From the NCBI RefSeq assembly GCF_009914755.1, contig NC_060926.1: DNA of 64,000 bases. One strand, written 5' to 3'. Shown piece after piece: positions 31,405-44,275 of the stretch; positions within the stretch are counted from its first letter, which is position 1; every line of letters begins with the position of its first letter. The position numbers and the translations under genes are program-made. This DNA is from the human T2T-CHM13v2.0 reference genome, Homo sapiens. The notes beneath the pieces are model-generated. The model made no database searches. It saw only the letters and a list, made by a program, of their open reading frames with translations, and was not told where the DNA came from.

Positions 31405-32090
31405 GATTTTATTTTTAGAGCAGTTTCAGGCTCATAGCAAAGTTGATCAGGTAGTGCAGAGAGTTTCCATATGCTCTGATATAGTTTGGCTGTGTCCCTA
31501 CCCAAATCTCATCTTGAACTGTAGCTCCCACAATTCCCACATCCCATGGGAGGGACCTGTTTGGGAGCTGATTGAATCATGGGGGTGGATCTTTCCTGTG
31601 CTCTTCTCATGATAGTGAATATGTCTCATGAGATCTGATGGTTTTACAAAGGGGAGTTTCCCTGCACACACTCTGTCTTGTTGATGCTAAGTAAGACGTC
31701 CCTTGCTCTTCTGCCATGATTGTGAGGCCTCCCCAGCCATGTGAAACTGTGAGTCAATTAAACATTTTTTCCTTTACAAATAACCCAGTCTCAGGTATAT
31801 CTTTATTAGCAGAGTGAGAACAGACTAATATATGCTCCCTGAACACTCAAAACCTAAACAAACTCTCCCCCACTATCGACATCCTGCACTGGAGTGGTAC
31901 ATTTGTTACAATGGCTAAGCCAATATTGATATCTTTTTATTCACTAAAGTCCATAGTTTACATTAGAGTTCATTCTTGGTATTGTACATCATATGGGTTT
32001 TGGAAATATATAATGTCATGTATCCATCAGTATAGTATTATGCAGAACAGTTTCACTGCCCCAAAAATCCTCTATGTTCTACCTACTCAT
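31405..32090 (-). mobile_element. L1MC-type 3' end split by THE1B
   Basis: 'tttagagcagtttcaggctcatagcaaagttga', 'aaagtccatagtttacattagagttca', 'cagtttcactgccccaaaaatcctct'. Confidence 0.85.
31477..31832 (+). mobile_element. THE1B solo LTR
   Basis: 'tgatatagtttggctgtgtccc...gtagctccca'; perfect TSD tgctc (31472-31476, 31833-31837). Confidence 0.95.
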
Positions 32091-32212
32091 TACTGTTTAG
32101 CTAATTATATTATGACATAAAATAAAGAAAACAGCAAATGTTTATTGAGAGATCAAAAAAATGTCTTACATTCAAAGTGCAGAGTACTTTCACAATGGGA
32201 CCTCATTTTCTT

Positions 32213-32588
32213 TGTGGCAGACATGGAGCCATGCCACCATGCCTCTCAGATCTCCCATCAAAGACGTACCTTCCCAGCTCTCTTCTCCATCAGGCTTGGC
32301 CTCAGAGAGCATCCTCACCCAATAACATGCAGTTCTCAGGGGCCACTCGCATCCAATGACTGGTCACAGAGTTTCATAATGGTCCAAACTATTTGGGACA
32401 ACTGTGACAAGTAATTTCCACGCCAGAAACTCCATGTAAGGTTAGCTAATGTTTCGTCTTGTTCAAAGGGACATCTAACTTATCTCTCTGCTCAATTTGT
32501 CTCCTCTCTCCAGTGATCACCTCCAATAAAAATCCAAAACACTAATATCCCCCTCAAAGTCGGTTTCTAGAGGGTCCAACTTGTGATG
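32213..32588 (+). mobile_element. LTR16-type LTR (ERVL)
   Basis: 'catccaatgactggtc', 'tgggacaactgtga', 'caataaa...ctcaaagtcggtttctagagggtccaac'. Confidence 0.65.
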
Positions 32589-33024
32589 TCTCTCAAGGCA
32601 GAGAAAATTGTGTCTTACTTTTCAGAACTAGTGTAAAAGTAAAACAGGTTTCAGAAGATTCAAATCAAAGATCAAGGTACCTGCATTAGTGGAAGCAGGT
32701 ATCTGAGCTTCTTAAAACATCTTCTAAGGAAGCCTACCTAGAGATCTCAGAGGTGAAGAGAAATCACCAACAGGCTGGTCTTAAAATCTCTCTTGCTTCT
32801 GCAGTAATTAATGGAGCTTGAGAATGCTGCAGAAGGTGAAAGAGAAAAGAAAAGGAGCAATGAAGGAGGGTGACGATGTTGCATATGGCCACACTGAGCC
32901 CCAAACACTGAAAAGCTGATCTGCGCTCATCTCTCTTGTGTGTCCCATAACTTTGGCATTCTTGAGTTTTCAAAACATTCCATGAGAAGAAACAGCAACA
33001 CATTAAATATCTGAATTCTTGCTG

Positions 33025-33192
33025 TTTATTATTTATTTCTCTTTGAGCGTCAGGGTCTCACTGTGTCACCCATGCTGGAGTGCAGTGGCATGATCATAGC
33101 TCATTGCAGCCTGGAACTCCTGGACTTCAGTGATCTTCCAGCCTTAGCCTTCCAAGTAGCTGGGATTATGAGCATGAGCCACCACACATCAG
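33025..33192 (-). mobile_element. FRAM / AluJ right-arm monomer
   Basis: Single arm, T-rich tail; near-TSD tgaattcttgctgttt / tgaattattgctattt. Confidence 0.88.
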
Positions 33193-34577
33193 GAATTGAA
33201 TTATTGCTATTTCTAAGACTGATAACTAATCCAAGAAAAAAAAAGGTTGTTTTCTAGATTAAAAGTATGTGTCCAAGGACTTGGAATACAATAATTTATA
33301 ACTGTCTGGTACTTACCACAAATAGACATTGAATATACAGTTAGTGAGGAAAAGCAAATCAGCCAGCATGGTACATCCTGTGGTTTTCTGCCATATGACT
33401 TACCAACGGTGACCATGCCAGGGCCACAAATCCAAGGGGGCTTTCTGTGCAGATACCACAGGCAACTGTTGAGTTTTAGGGAGTACTTCAGAACCCAGGT
33501 AATTCACAGCAACTCCTGCTTTAATTATCATGGTTAAAAGGCTACTCCTGAGATTTAAGGATGCATAGATTCCAGAAGAGCATCATTAGGCTAGCACTGT
33601 TTCACTGAAGTAAGTAATACAGATCCATGAATTGTCACATAAGTGGTAAATACGTAAAGTCAAGAGCCATTTATATGCTCACAAGACTTTATAGTCTGCA
33701 AAACAGTTGCAATGATAATAGTTTAAGCCCAGGTGAGAGCAAAACCCTATAAAAATAGACCACATAGACTGGCCTGTTAGCTGGGCACATGCCCAAATAA
33801 ATGACTTAAATCACACCAAGCTATTCAACCTGAAAATCCAAATTCCAGAACTGCCAGGCTTTGACATGTTAGAGTATTTTCAATATTCCAGCATTCCCTA
33901 TTGAAAAATGCAAGTATTCCTCAATGACTCAAGACCCTAAGTCACTATATTCCCTTGTATGGATAGGGTGTCACTATGGAATATACTGAAGCCATGCACA
34001 TGTGTGTGTACACAAACACAGAGCAATTCGGTAAATAAGACAGAAAGAAAATGTCCCAGAATTGGGAAAAATCTAACACCCATTGAACAGTGTTGCCAGG
34101 AATCTAGGTCAGGAAGACTTGGCATCGGGAACTTGGAATCTACATCAGGAACATGATCAGATAAAGGTTGGTACTCGAGTTGCAAAAAGATGCAAGTGGA
34201 TAGAAGCAGAAGAGCAAGGGGGAATCCAGGCATAGGCACAAACAACACGTGGACCGGCTCATGATCACAGCAAGGATTTTTACTTTCTTAGATGTTGCAA
34301 ATATGTTGGTAAATCTATAAAGAATAATTAGCAAAAGTTGCAAATCATTCCCATAGGCTCATCTCAACCACAGGACGTGCAGTGAATGCTAATAGTGTGC
34401 TAGTCCGGCAAGCCTGCTCCTACTGCCCTTACTGCCCCTCTTACAAAAAGGAACACAGCAAAGATGAATGTAATTCTGGTCCATGGTTAACGGGGAAGAG
34501 ATATGATCATTTTCCTAGTACAAGGTGTCTATCATTTTTATGTTTCAGTAAATATTAAAGAAAAAGAGCACAACTTC

Positions 34578-34712
34578 ATGTATATATAAACTATATTTAT
34601 ACTATATACACACACTATGTATATACAGAGAGATAGTATGTACATATATACACGTTTATATAGATAGTGTGTATATATATATATACATGTGTATACTATA
34701 TATATGTGTACA
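34578..34712. repeat. TA/TG low-complexity tract
   Basis: Direct inspection. Confidence 0.85.
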
Positions 34713-35871
34713 TTCTGGCCTTACAAGTTATGCACTTCCAGCCCCATCCCCACCCTACCCCACGGAGTTCTTTGCCAATGTGTTCTAAGGAGCAGTGCCT
34801 GTACGCTTATTTTGCTTTGAATGTATATGTGGCAGGGGGATCAGATGATAGAGTGACTTTGATTAACCCAAGATGTCCAAGGCGTGGTCTGTTTTCCATA
34901 TATACATACACTATTCGTTTGTGGTTTTTCTCTCAACATCTAATACTAGTTAGAAGCATCCTAAGGATGATGATGATGAGCATAGAAGATGAGACGTTCC
35001 CTCTGCTCATTCTTTTGCAGGTTTTAAAGTGTCATTTGCCCTACCCTTTGCAGTGGGGGTATATTATGTGAAGGATCTATAGTGGCATGTTTCATAAGAG
35101 ATGATCCTGCAAGCTTCTCACGTGTGAGCTGTTTTCATAACCTATTCTTTTACGTTGGTCACATTATTCTTAAGGGGATGCTTGTTAGAAAGATGGAAAT
35201 GTGAAAGACACTTGATGCATACGTTAAAGGCATGCTTTTCTCTGGATGCTTGCAATTGTGTCTGCAGGAAGCACAATCTCATATGTACAAGAGAAAATGA
35301 CATTGAATTCAGAGGTAGGCAGAGAGAGGTCAGAGCCCTTTGTATTTACAAGAACTGACAGCTTTAAAACGCACTGATTCCAGACCACACAAGAAAAGTG
35401 GACATCACGATTCACACACCAATTTTCCCAACCTGTCATCGTGGTGTTGGCTCTGGGGGCTGCAGTAAAGGCTCATGAGTCCAGAAAGATCCTAGTTGTT
35501 CTCTTTTCACTGTTGCTTTAAATAGCATGGCCTACCATGGCTGCATGACTGACTTTTAACCTCTTTGAGGTAGGAGAAATGACAAGCACATTCAGGAAGC
35601 TCTAGATAAGCAGGTTACCGAAAGTATTGTTTTCTCTCTTAGAAGGGATGATTTGCTCACCAATCCAGAAGCAAAGTTCCAATAACAGATGTTTACATGA
35701 ATAGTTTGTGGTGCAGAAGTGACACTCGTGCCCAGGTGCAAGTCACAGGAAGGCAGAAATGATCGCTGTGGCTCACAGGTAACTGATGGCTGTATATTTA
35801 GAAAAAAACTCCCACTTAGCTCCTGGTTGTTTTTGTTTTCATAGCAGGAAAAAAAAAATCACTGGAATATA

Positions 35872-35940
35872 GGGATTTTGAAAGTAGGGAATTAAAATCA
35901 GAAAGAATGGGATTTTGAAAGTAGGGAATTAAAATCAGAA
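35872..35940. repeat. Perfect 32-bp direct duplication with 5-bp spacer
   Basis: gggattttgaaagtagggaattaaaatcagaa at 35872-35903 and 35909-35940. Confidence 0.97.
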
Positions 35941-36933
35941 CCTTCGCATTGTGATATAGAAGAGGATGAACTAGGTTGTGTCTTAACATTTTTTTGTAAG
36001 AAAAAATGTATGTTTTAAGATCAAAGTAAGCCTTTGGCAATGAGACAAACATGAAAGAGTAATAGAAGTATTGACACATTCGGTGTAAGATTGTGTGTTT
36101 ACACCTCCTCAGGAGACCTGAGGAAGCCCACTGATATGATCAGGTTGGCTGAGCCTTCAGGGCAGGGGAGGCAAATTCTCCCCAGTTAATACGTGAGGTC
36201 ATTTTGAGTTCTGCACACCATTGTCTTAAAAACAAATGGTTAAATATTCTGTGATTACCCAGGTTTCAGAACAGCATGCTCATATTTCTTAGGATTAGAA
36301 AACTCGTGCAAAATGTTAAACTAGTTGTATTTTCTTTTCATCTTTTAAAGCTCATCTTCAGTGGAAGCAGCTTCCTCATCATTTCACATTAAGCTACTGA
36401 GGAAGGTTTACAGGAGGTCGAGGATGAAATAGCATCTGATGATCTTATTTTTTAAATGATCCATTACTCCTTATGGAACAAGTAATAAGAAACCTTTAAG
36501 TGTGGACTATGCCTTGAGATAGCTCAGCTCCACAGGACTCTTAATATAGTTTTGGAAACCAAGGCTGGAAAAAGTTAAGCAGCTTTCCCAGGGTTGTGCA
36601 GTGAGCATCAGGGACAGTCTCCTGATGAGACCTCACCCGACTCACTGCTTCTTCCCAGCGTGCATGCAGGATGCCATATGGCGGGCCATTCCCAACACCA
36701 GAATATAAATGCCATCCCTGCCACTGGCAGGTAACTGCTTATCCATGAAAAGAAAGTGTTATGGATTATCTAATAAATTAACTAATGATTAATGTTTAAT
36801 ATAAATGTAATGTACATTTTAATTTGAATAGGTTGACATATTAATGAATAAATGAATGAAAACTTTCTTAATTAAAGTGTCAGTTTAAGATCCTAGTTAT
36901 ATTTTTAATGTGGTTAAGAAAACTGAACTATCA

Positions 36934-37233
36934 GGTCAGGCACAGTGGCTTACGTATGTAACCCCGCCACTCTGAGAGGCTGAGATGAGAATATCATTTA
37001 AGCCCAGGAGCTGCAGATCAACCTAGGCAACATGACAAAAACCCATCTCTATCAAAAAAAATACAAAAATTAGCCAGACATGGTGGCAGGCACCTGTGGT
37101 CCTAGCTACTTGAGAGGCTGAGGTGGGAAGATCACTTTTGCCTGGGTCGAAGTTATGGTGAGCTGTGATCACGTCACTGGACTCCGCCTGGGAGACAGAG
37201 TGAGACCCTGTCTCAAAAAAGAAAGAAAGAAAA
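36934..37233 (+). mobile_element. AluJ
   Basis: Diverged dimer with (GAAA)n tail. Confidence 0.92.
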
Positions 37234-37602
37234 GCATACTAAGCTATCATGACTTTTAGTAAGTAGACTCACACAAGAAAAAATTAGAAATTGAAACACA
37301 TGATTAGCCCCTTAGTGTTTACCTGTTACTGAACGAAATAGCACTGGTCACAGAGTGATTGATAGGAATAAAAAAGAATGGCAAGAAGAGCAGGTACACA
37401 TTCAATGTTTGCACTGGATATTGCAATATTAGGAAAAAATATAAAAAAATAGAGAAAAATCAAATATAGCCTTTCAAAGAACAAATATGTGAAAATGTAA
37501 TACAAGAAATAAAAATAACAATGTGTTTAATAATGGATATCAGCATTATGGAAAATTTAAAATATAATTTTAAATGTGTACCAATGTATTAACTTGGGAT
37601 AA

Positions 37603-37958
37603 TGTATTACTCCATTCTCATGCTGTATAAGGACATACTCGAGAGTGGATAATTTATAAATGAGAGAGGTAAAATTGACTCGTAGTTCCACATGGCTGGG
37701 GAGGCCTCAGAATCATGGGTCAGGGAAAGTGAGGAGCAAAGTCAAGTCTTACATGGTGGCAGGCAAGAGAGCTTGTGCACAGTAGGGGAACTTCCATTTA
37801 TAAAACCACCAGATCTCGTGAGACTTATTCACTATCATGAGAACAGTATGGAGGAAACCACTCCCATGATTCAACTGTCACCACGTGGCCCCATCCTTGA
37901 CACTTGGAGATTATTATTCAAGGTGAGATTTGGGTGGGTACACAGCCAAACCATATCA
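37603..37958 (-). mobile_element. THE1 (C/B-like) solo LTR
   Basis: tgtatta...'cacagccaaaccatatca'; perfect TSD gataa (37598-37602, 37959-37963). Confidence 0.95.
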
Positions 37959-38736
37959 GATAATTATTACTTAGGTAAAAGGTTAATGTGTTCATAAAAT
38001 ATGGTACATTTATTCCCAGCTCCCTATCCAACTGAATGCCCTTGTAATTTTTTTCTAAAATCAAAACCTGTTAGTTTGGGGTACATAATGAATTTAGTTA
38101 CTTAATAAAATAAAATCTTAAAGATTTTACTTTTAGACACTATTTGCACTTCAAATAATGTCAACACCTAAAGTCTAGGGGCTGAATTTATAATAATGCA
38201 TTTCTAAGTCTCCTTGCACTAGGTGATGGAGAAAACTGGGGGTACGGGAAGATTTCAAGCAGGAGTAACACACATGGCTTCCATAGACAATGTTCTATTC
38301 ATTCCTAAGGCCATGCTCTGGTTCTAAGATAATATGTTAATATTTTCATAAATGGGGAAGAAAGAATATTTTCAAATGTTTGGATTTTCCATCACCGATC
38401 TCCAGAACACCAGATCACCACACCCTAGACCTGACAAGGTGCCCACCATCCCACCATTCTCAAAACAGTTTTTCTATTGAGCTGTCCACATTGATTCTGA
38501 GGATACACCAACTATCATTTATCATTGCTTGTTACATTTGGCTCTAAGTATTCTGGCTATGATGTCCTAGATGTGGTTTTCTGCATATTTGTTTTGTTTC
38601 AGGTATGCTGAGCTTCATAGATATCCGCATTAGTGCCTTTAATCACAGAAAGGTAAAATTCTCATTATTTACAATAGGCAAAATGTGTATTCAGAAAGTT
38701 GAAAGGAATCTACAAAACACGTCAATCACTACCTAA

Positions 38737-38980
<244 letters not shown>

Positions 38981-39466
38981 CTTTCAATCAACAAAGTGTT
39001 TTACTCTTCTTGCTGTTCTGTTTATTTTCCTTTTAAAATAGTAAATATGCCTTTGGCAAGTTGGAAGGAGACATATGATGAAGTTTAACCCAGAGACTGG
39101 GGAGAGCATTTAAAAATCCTGGCTAAGGGATTCTGAACCAGCCTATTCAAGAAGGCTATTGATTCTGCACATTTACACGTTGGCTTCCAGTTTCTGACAC
39201 TGCCTCTGTTCAGGGCTTTATCATAATACCAAGCAATTTACTCTCGTTCCTGTCCTGAGTCCCAACCACTCATCCTACCCCCATGTTGTCTGCCTCTGGA
39301 ATACAATCTTAGGGGAGGGGCAGGCTGAAACAGATTGTGTGTTTAAATGTACTGGAAGGGAGCAAATGTAATTCTATGTAAAAGTGAAAATCAAACTTAA
39401 AGGAGAGCCAACATTGGCACCAAGGAAAAGTATAACATGTACAGTCTGACAGGTAAGATATTAGAC

Positions 39467-39680
39467 CATTTGTTCTTTACCAGGGGTGATTTCCTTCCCA
39501 AGGGAGACATGGCGATATCTACAGATGTTTTTGTTGTCATGGCTGGACGTGGATGTGACTGGTATCTGGTAGGTAGACACCAGGGATGCTGTTAAACGTC
39601 TTACAATGCACAGACCAGGCCTCCATAACACAGAATTATCCAAACTAGAATGACAACAGGGTCATCATTGAGAGCCCCTG
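39467..39680 (+). mobile_element. MER20 (hAT-Charlie)
   Basis: 'ccagggatgctgttaaacgtcttacaatgcacag', 'agaattatcc'. Confidence 0.88.
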
Positions 39681-40179
39681 ATGTAGCAGAGGCTAAATGT
39701 GAGCTGAAACACTGTGACGAGTAATGCTAGAACATGGCAGAGACAATTGAAAAACGGAAAATGGCTGTGGACAAGGCAAGCTGGCTGAAACTTCATTCTA
39801 ATTTCATGCTTTAGTTTTCTTACTTTTCAGAATGTATTATGGAAATTATGACTTCTTAAATCATTTTTAAAGGATTTCAGGGAAAAACATTCTTTCTGAG
39901 ATATAGAGCTTTCTATAACTAACTTTAATTGGTTCATTCCGATTTTTCCATATCTTGTACATGTATCACTAGTATCATCTAAAGTAAGTTTAAGTAGTAT
40001 ACAAATGGATATTCTATTTCATTTTAGTAGATAAGGAATGGTAAATGGTAGAAAAAATCATGTCTATCACCTCGAACTTAACGATTTTTCTGATGACATG
40101 AAAATTTCAAAGTAAAAATTTTAAAGTAAAAAATATTAGGTTTAATTAAAGTAAATATTCTATGCTTCTAACATGTTGC

Positions 40180-40375
40180 GCTGAGCCACATGTGCTCACT
40201 GAATACTTGCAAATGTGGCCAGAGACATGGTGAAATAATAATATTTTCAGTATACCGGATTAAATAAATATCCTAAAAAATGTAATCATTTATGTGTTTG
40301 ACTTTTGAATGTAGCTACTAGGAAACTTAAAATTACACAACTGGCTTCTATTTCATTTCCATTGGCAGGCACTGC
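40180..40375. mobile_element. MER3/MER33-type hAT element
   Basis: 'agccacatgtg..aatacttgcaaatgtggc', 'aatgtagctactaggaaacttaaaattaca'. Confidence 0.7.
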
Positions 40376-41006
40376 TCTATACAATTTCAATAGAGCATCA
40401 TGAAGATGGAATCTGAAAACCCCATGTTCAGGAACCACCAGTCTAAGTTCAATCATGTTGCAACACAAGTCATACAAACTCTGTCACCAGATGACAAGCC
40501 ATGCAATGGAAAATGGATCCCTGGGGCTGTCCCACTCACTCACTAACCCAGGATCACACAGGAAGCAGCCAGCAGTCTGGAAAGCAGGCATAATCGATCA
40601 TTATTGATTGATTTGGGTGATTCTCAGAGAGCCAGTTACTTGATTCCGCTCCCAGCCCTGCTGAGATCTGTCCCAGTGACCAAGGCTTGCCCAGCCTGCC
40701 TCCAGCCCATCATTTTCAGGAGCTAATTTTCCCACCACCATCCAGAAAGTACCAAGACAGCCGATACAGTCTGAGCCCTGGCTCGGGAACTCTTCAGCCA
40801 AATGCTTTCAGTTTCCCTTGAATATTTTCTCTTATTGGCTGCCTCTGGCCCTTGACTAGGATGACTTCAGATCTTTGGGTCAAAACCCACACCTATTTGG
40901 GTTTTGAACTGTGGTTTGTGGTTTTCTAACCCAGCTGGCTCATTCCAATTCTTGGTTCTCTGAGTTGCAGAAATGAGTAGGAGCAGATGACAGCTCCAGT
41001 GTCATT

Positions 41007-41010
41007 AAAA

Positions 41011-41041
<31 letters not shown>

Positions 41042-41044
41042 ATA
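41007..41044. repeat. (TAAA)n microsatellite
   Basis: Direct inspection. Confidence 0.9.
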
Positions 41045-41045
41045 G

Positions 41046-41200
41046 AGCCAGCTACAGTGGCTCATGTCTGTAGTTCCGGGTACTGGAGAAGCTGAGGTAG
41101 GAGGATGGTTTGAACCTGGGAGTAAGCCAGGAGATTGCACCACTGCATTCCACCCTGGGAAACAGAGTGAGAGGAAGACAGTTTCTCAAATTAAGAAAAA
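41046..41200 (+). mobile_element. FRAM-like Alu monomer
   Basis: Single diverged arm with short A tail. Confidence 0.8.
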
Positions 41201-44149
41201 AAGGACTGGGAAATGTACAAATGAGCAGTTCCATGGTGGGATAGCAATAGTGCAGAACGTGTTTAAAGAGATCAAACTTCTGTAAAGAATCAGATTGAGA
41301 AGGTTTTCTTCAGTGCCTTCAATGGATGATCATGCTTTGCCTTGTTTTTTTTCAAATTATTGACATCTAGAAAATAATTTCATAGAATCCTTCACTGAAA
41401 TAATGACCTAATAACATTTTTACTCTAAATTGGTGGTAATATGGCTTGATTGATTTAAAAGGAATTTGAAGAGTTAGAGAGAAGGGTAATTGTGAATGTC
41501 ATGTTTTTTCTGCTGTACAAAATCCAACATGGCAAGTCACATTTATATCAGTTAGAGTTCATCAACTCCTTAATAGACATATTCCACTTTCCATCCCCTC
41601 GCAGGAAAGGTCACCTTTAATACTGAACACCAGGTTTGGAATCTCTAGCAAAATGCTGAGGATTATCTCATCCAAGTAACTCATTTCTCCCATGCCTTAC
41701 AGAGAAGACTCTATAAATTATGAAAAGGAGCACTTTCCATTAAATAATAGTAAAATAAGCAGCTTCACAGAAAAATTAGTGTAGACAAACAAATTAGTGC
41801 TTTTAATGAAAGAATTACAAGCTAGGCATAAAAGAAAATTGAAATACCTCTTTTCTCTTTCCTCATTTATAGGAAAAGCACCATTTACACTAGGAATAGC
41901 ATTCTTAATTTTATGTCAAATTAATCAACTCACAATACAGGTCTTAATCACTGCCAGATGCACGTTTTAAAAATTAAATGTTTTTATCCCCAATAATATT
42001 GTTGTTTTCAGACACAACAGTATTGTGTCTGAACTTAGGCAAAGAGAGTTGAGAAATGTTAGTATTTGTCTGTACTTCTGTACAATTGCGAATCCTAGCT
42101 GTCTTTAATTTTGCAAAAACAAAAAAAAATGATTTTTCTTTAAACCTACCCTAATCTTATCAAAGAAATGTAAGTGAACACATCATACAATGTTACTATG
42201 GGAGGAAATATGGCCATTACCAAAAATTAATAAATAAAAAGTGCATAGTGCTTTGTTTAGTACTATTAAAAATTCACTTCAAATTTGGCTGAATGTCTTA
42301 CATGATCTCTTAAAATGTTATTTTATTATGAATAACAATAATCTTAGTTACTTTTCTACCTGGAAATGTGTTTCTCCCTTTTTCTCAGGCATATGAAAAA
42401 GAACTATTAACACTTCCTTTCAGTTTAGAAGTATTTCATGTTTTTCCCAAATAAAATACACTAACATTTTTTTCAATAATTCTGGGCGAATGTTTATAAC
42501 ATTTAGTTCCCAATTTTCATTGATTTTGGATTCTCCTAGCACAAGCTCCAATTTTGTATCATAAATTTATGGATGAATCCTTCAGCCCTGTTTCTGGGGT
42601 TTGAACCACCTTTACATTAGAGCAAGCCAGAATGATTTAATGATATTTTATGGTTTTTGCACAGTTTCAGCAGCCTTATCTGCTGACCCTTCTGTAAACA
42701 GAAAGCCAACTTCAGCATGTACACACAGTAGCATTAAGTCACTCAGCTTCTATTTTTTTCTTCCTTTAGAAGTAACTGTTTACTCTTATTCAGCTTAATA
42801 TGAATAATTGCAATTAAAACACACAGAGTAAACACCACATTACAATGATTGTACATACCCTGAAAGCTGAAAACTAGTCTTATGGTGAAATTCAGAAGTA
42901 AGGGACACAGACCTTGCATCTTCCCATTGTTTGGATTAATCAACTCCATTCTCCTTTACGCCATCTTTCAGTTTGCATGGCCAGAGGAGACATATGCCTG
43001 TCCCCAGGATGTACCTGTCCCCTAAACCAGAGAACTTGCCTGGAGCATCCCCAGGCATATATCTGATCCAAGCACAAAGAGGCATGAGGATGCCAGTGTG
43101 GAAGCCTGCCCGTGTCAGGGATTGATGGGCATTTCACCTGTTAATGTCCAGGGGCCTTTGTGCATCTCTGGGTTCATGTAGTATTTATTGTAGATGCTCG
43201 CATTTCTCTTCTGTGATCTTCACACCACATGTACAATGAGAAACACATGCCCTGAAAGAAAAAGCTCCCCAGGTAGTTTTAAATATGTCAGTAGAAGCAA
43301 GCTAGGAGGGGAGGGGATAGGAGGAGCTCCAGGAAGTGTTTTCCGGGGAGTCCAGAGACTAGAAGACACTAGCAGAGCAGCAGCTCTAGCCCCTCCTTCC
43401 AATGAGAGCTGTCAAAATGAATGCAGTCTTGTCTTTGCCCCAGAGAGCCCTGGGTTTTGCTTAATATGTCTCTCCTCCATCTGCCTACTCACTATTAATG
43501 TAAAGGTTGCTGCATGTGACATTCCCAGGCTCATCTTGATATATGTGCTCAGGAGGTTTCTCTGGGGTCTAGACTGGGGAAGTCAAATTGCATAAAAGTA
43601 AAATCTCAAGGATGTTCAGTTTTTAAATTGGTGAAGGGGATGTATCAACAATAAGCTCTAGAAATTTTCGAAATTTGTCTTGCGATACCAGAACAATGCA
43701 CATTTACTCACATCCCAGCTACCTTTAAGGGCAAAATCTGTGTATGATGTCTGCTCCTATTAGATGTTCAATATGTCACCTGTAACTTTTTCCCTCTCTA
43801 GTATCTTAACTATTGCAAGCGCACAACAGTAGCATCTTCCCTATCAGGGGTGACAAGGGAATTGGCTCATTAGCAGGGAATACAGGTTCGTCTTCAATAA
43901 AGGATCCCTTTCTCTCAACATCTTTATCAATTAAAGGGGAGCAGGGGAGATAAAGCAATGCTTCAGTTAGACTTCAGGTGTTTCTAATAACTGTGGCAAT
44001 GAAGCATAAATATGAAATTGTAGAAGGAACTGATTCTGAAATACTCCCAGAAAAATCATAGAACGCCAAGTGGAATTGTACAGCATAGAAAGCAGGTGTT
44101 TGGCTGTCCCATCCCTGTTGTGTACACACTATTCACCCAGGCATGTGTA

Positions 44150-44275
44150 GGTATTTATAAACACAGACACGCAGTGTCTTAAGGCATTTGGGTGCCACAT
44201 TTTATAAATTTCAGTAGTGAGCATTCAACGCTGGGACTGGCTGGAAGGGAATGACGTCAGGGCCAACGTCATCTT
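44150..44275 (-). promoter_or_regulatory. Candidate CRE/TATA promoter or enhancer
   Basis: TGACGTCA 44252-44259, half-CRE CGTCA 44267-44271, TTTATAAA at 44201-44208 and 44154-44161, in non-repeat sequence. Motifs only. Confidence 0.35.

Noticed and set aside
36106-36124. 8-bp stem TCCTCAGG-aga-CCTGAGGA and similar short hairpins
   Set aside because: Expected by chance several times in 64 kb.
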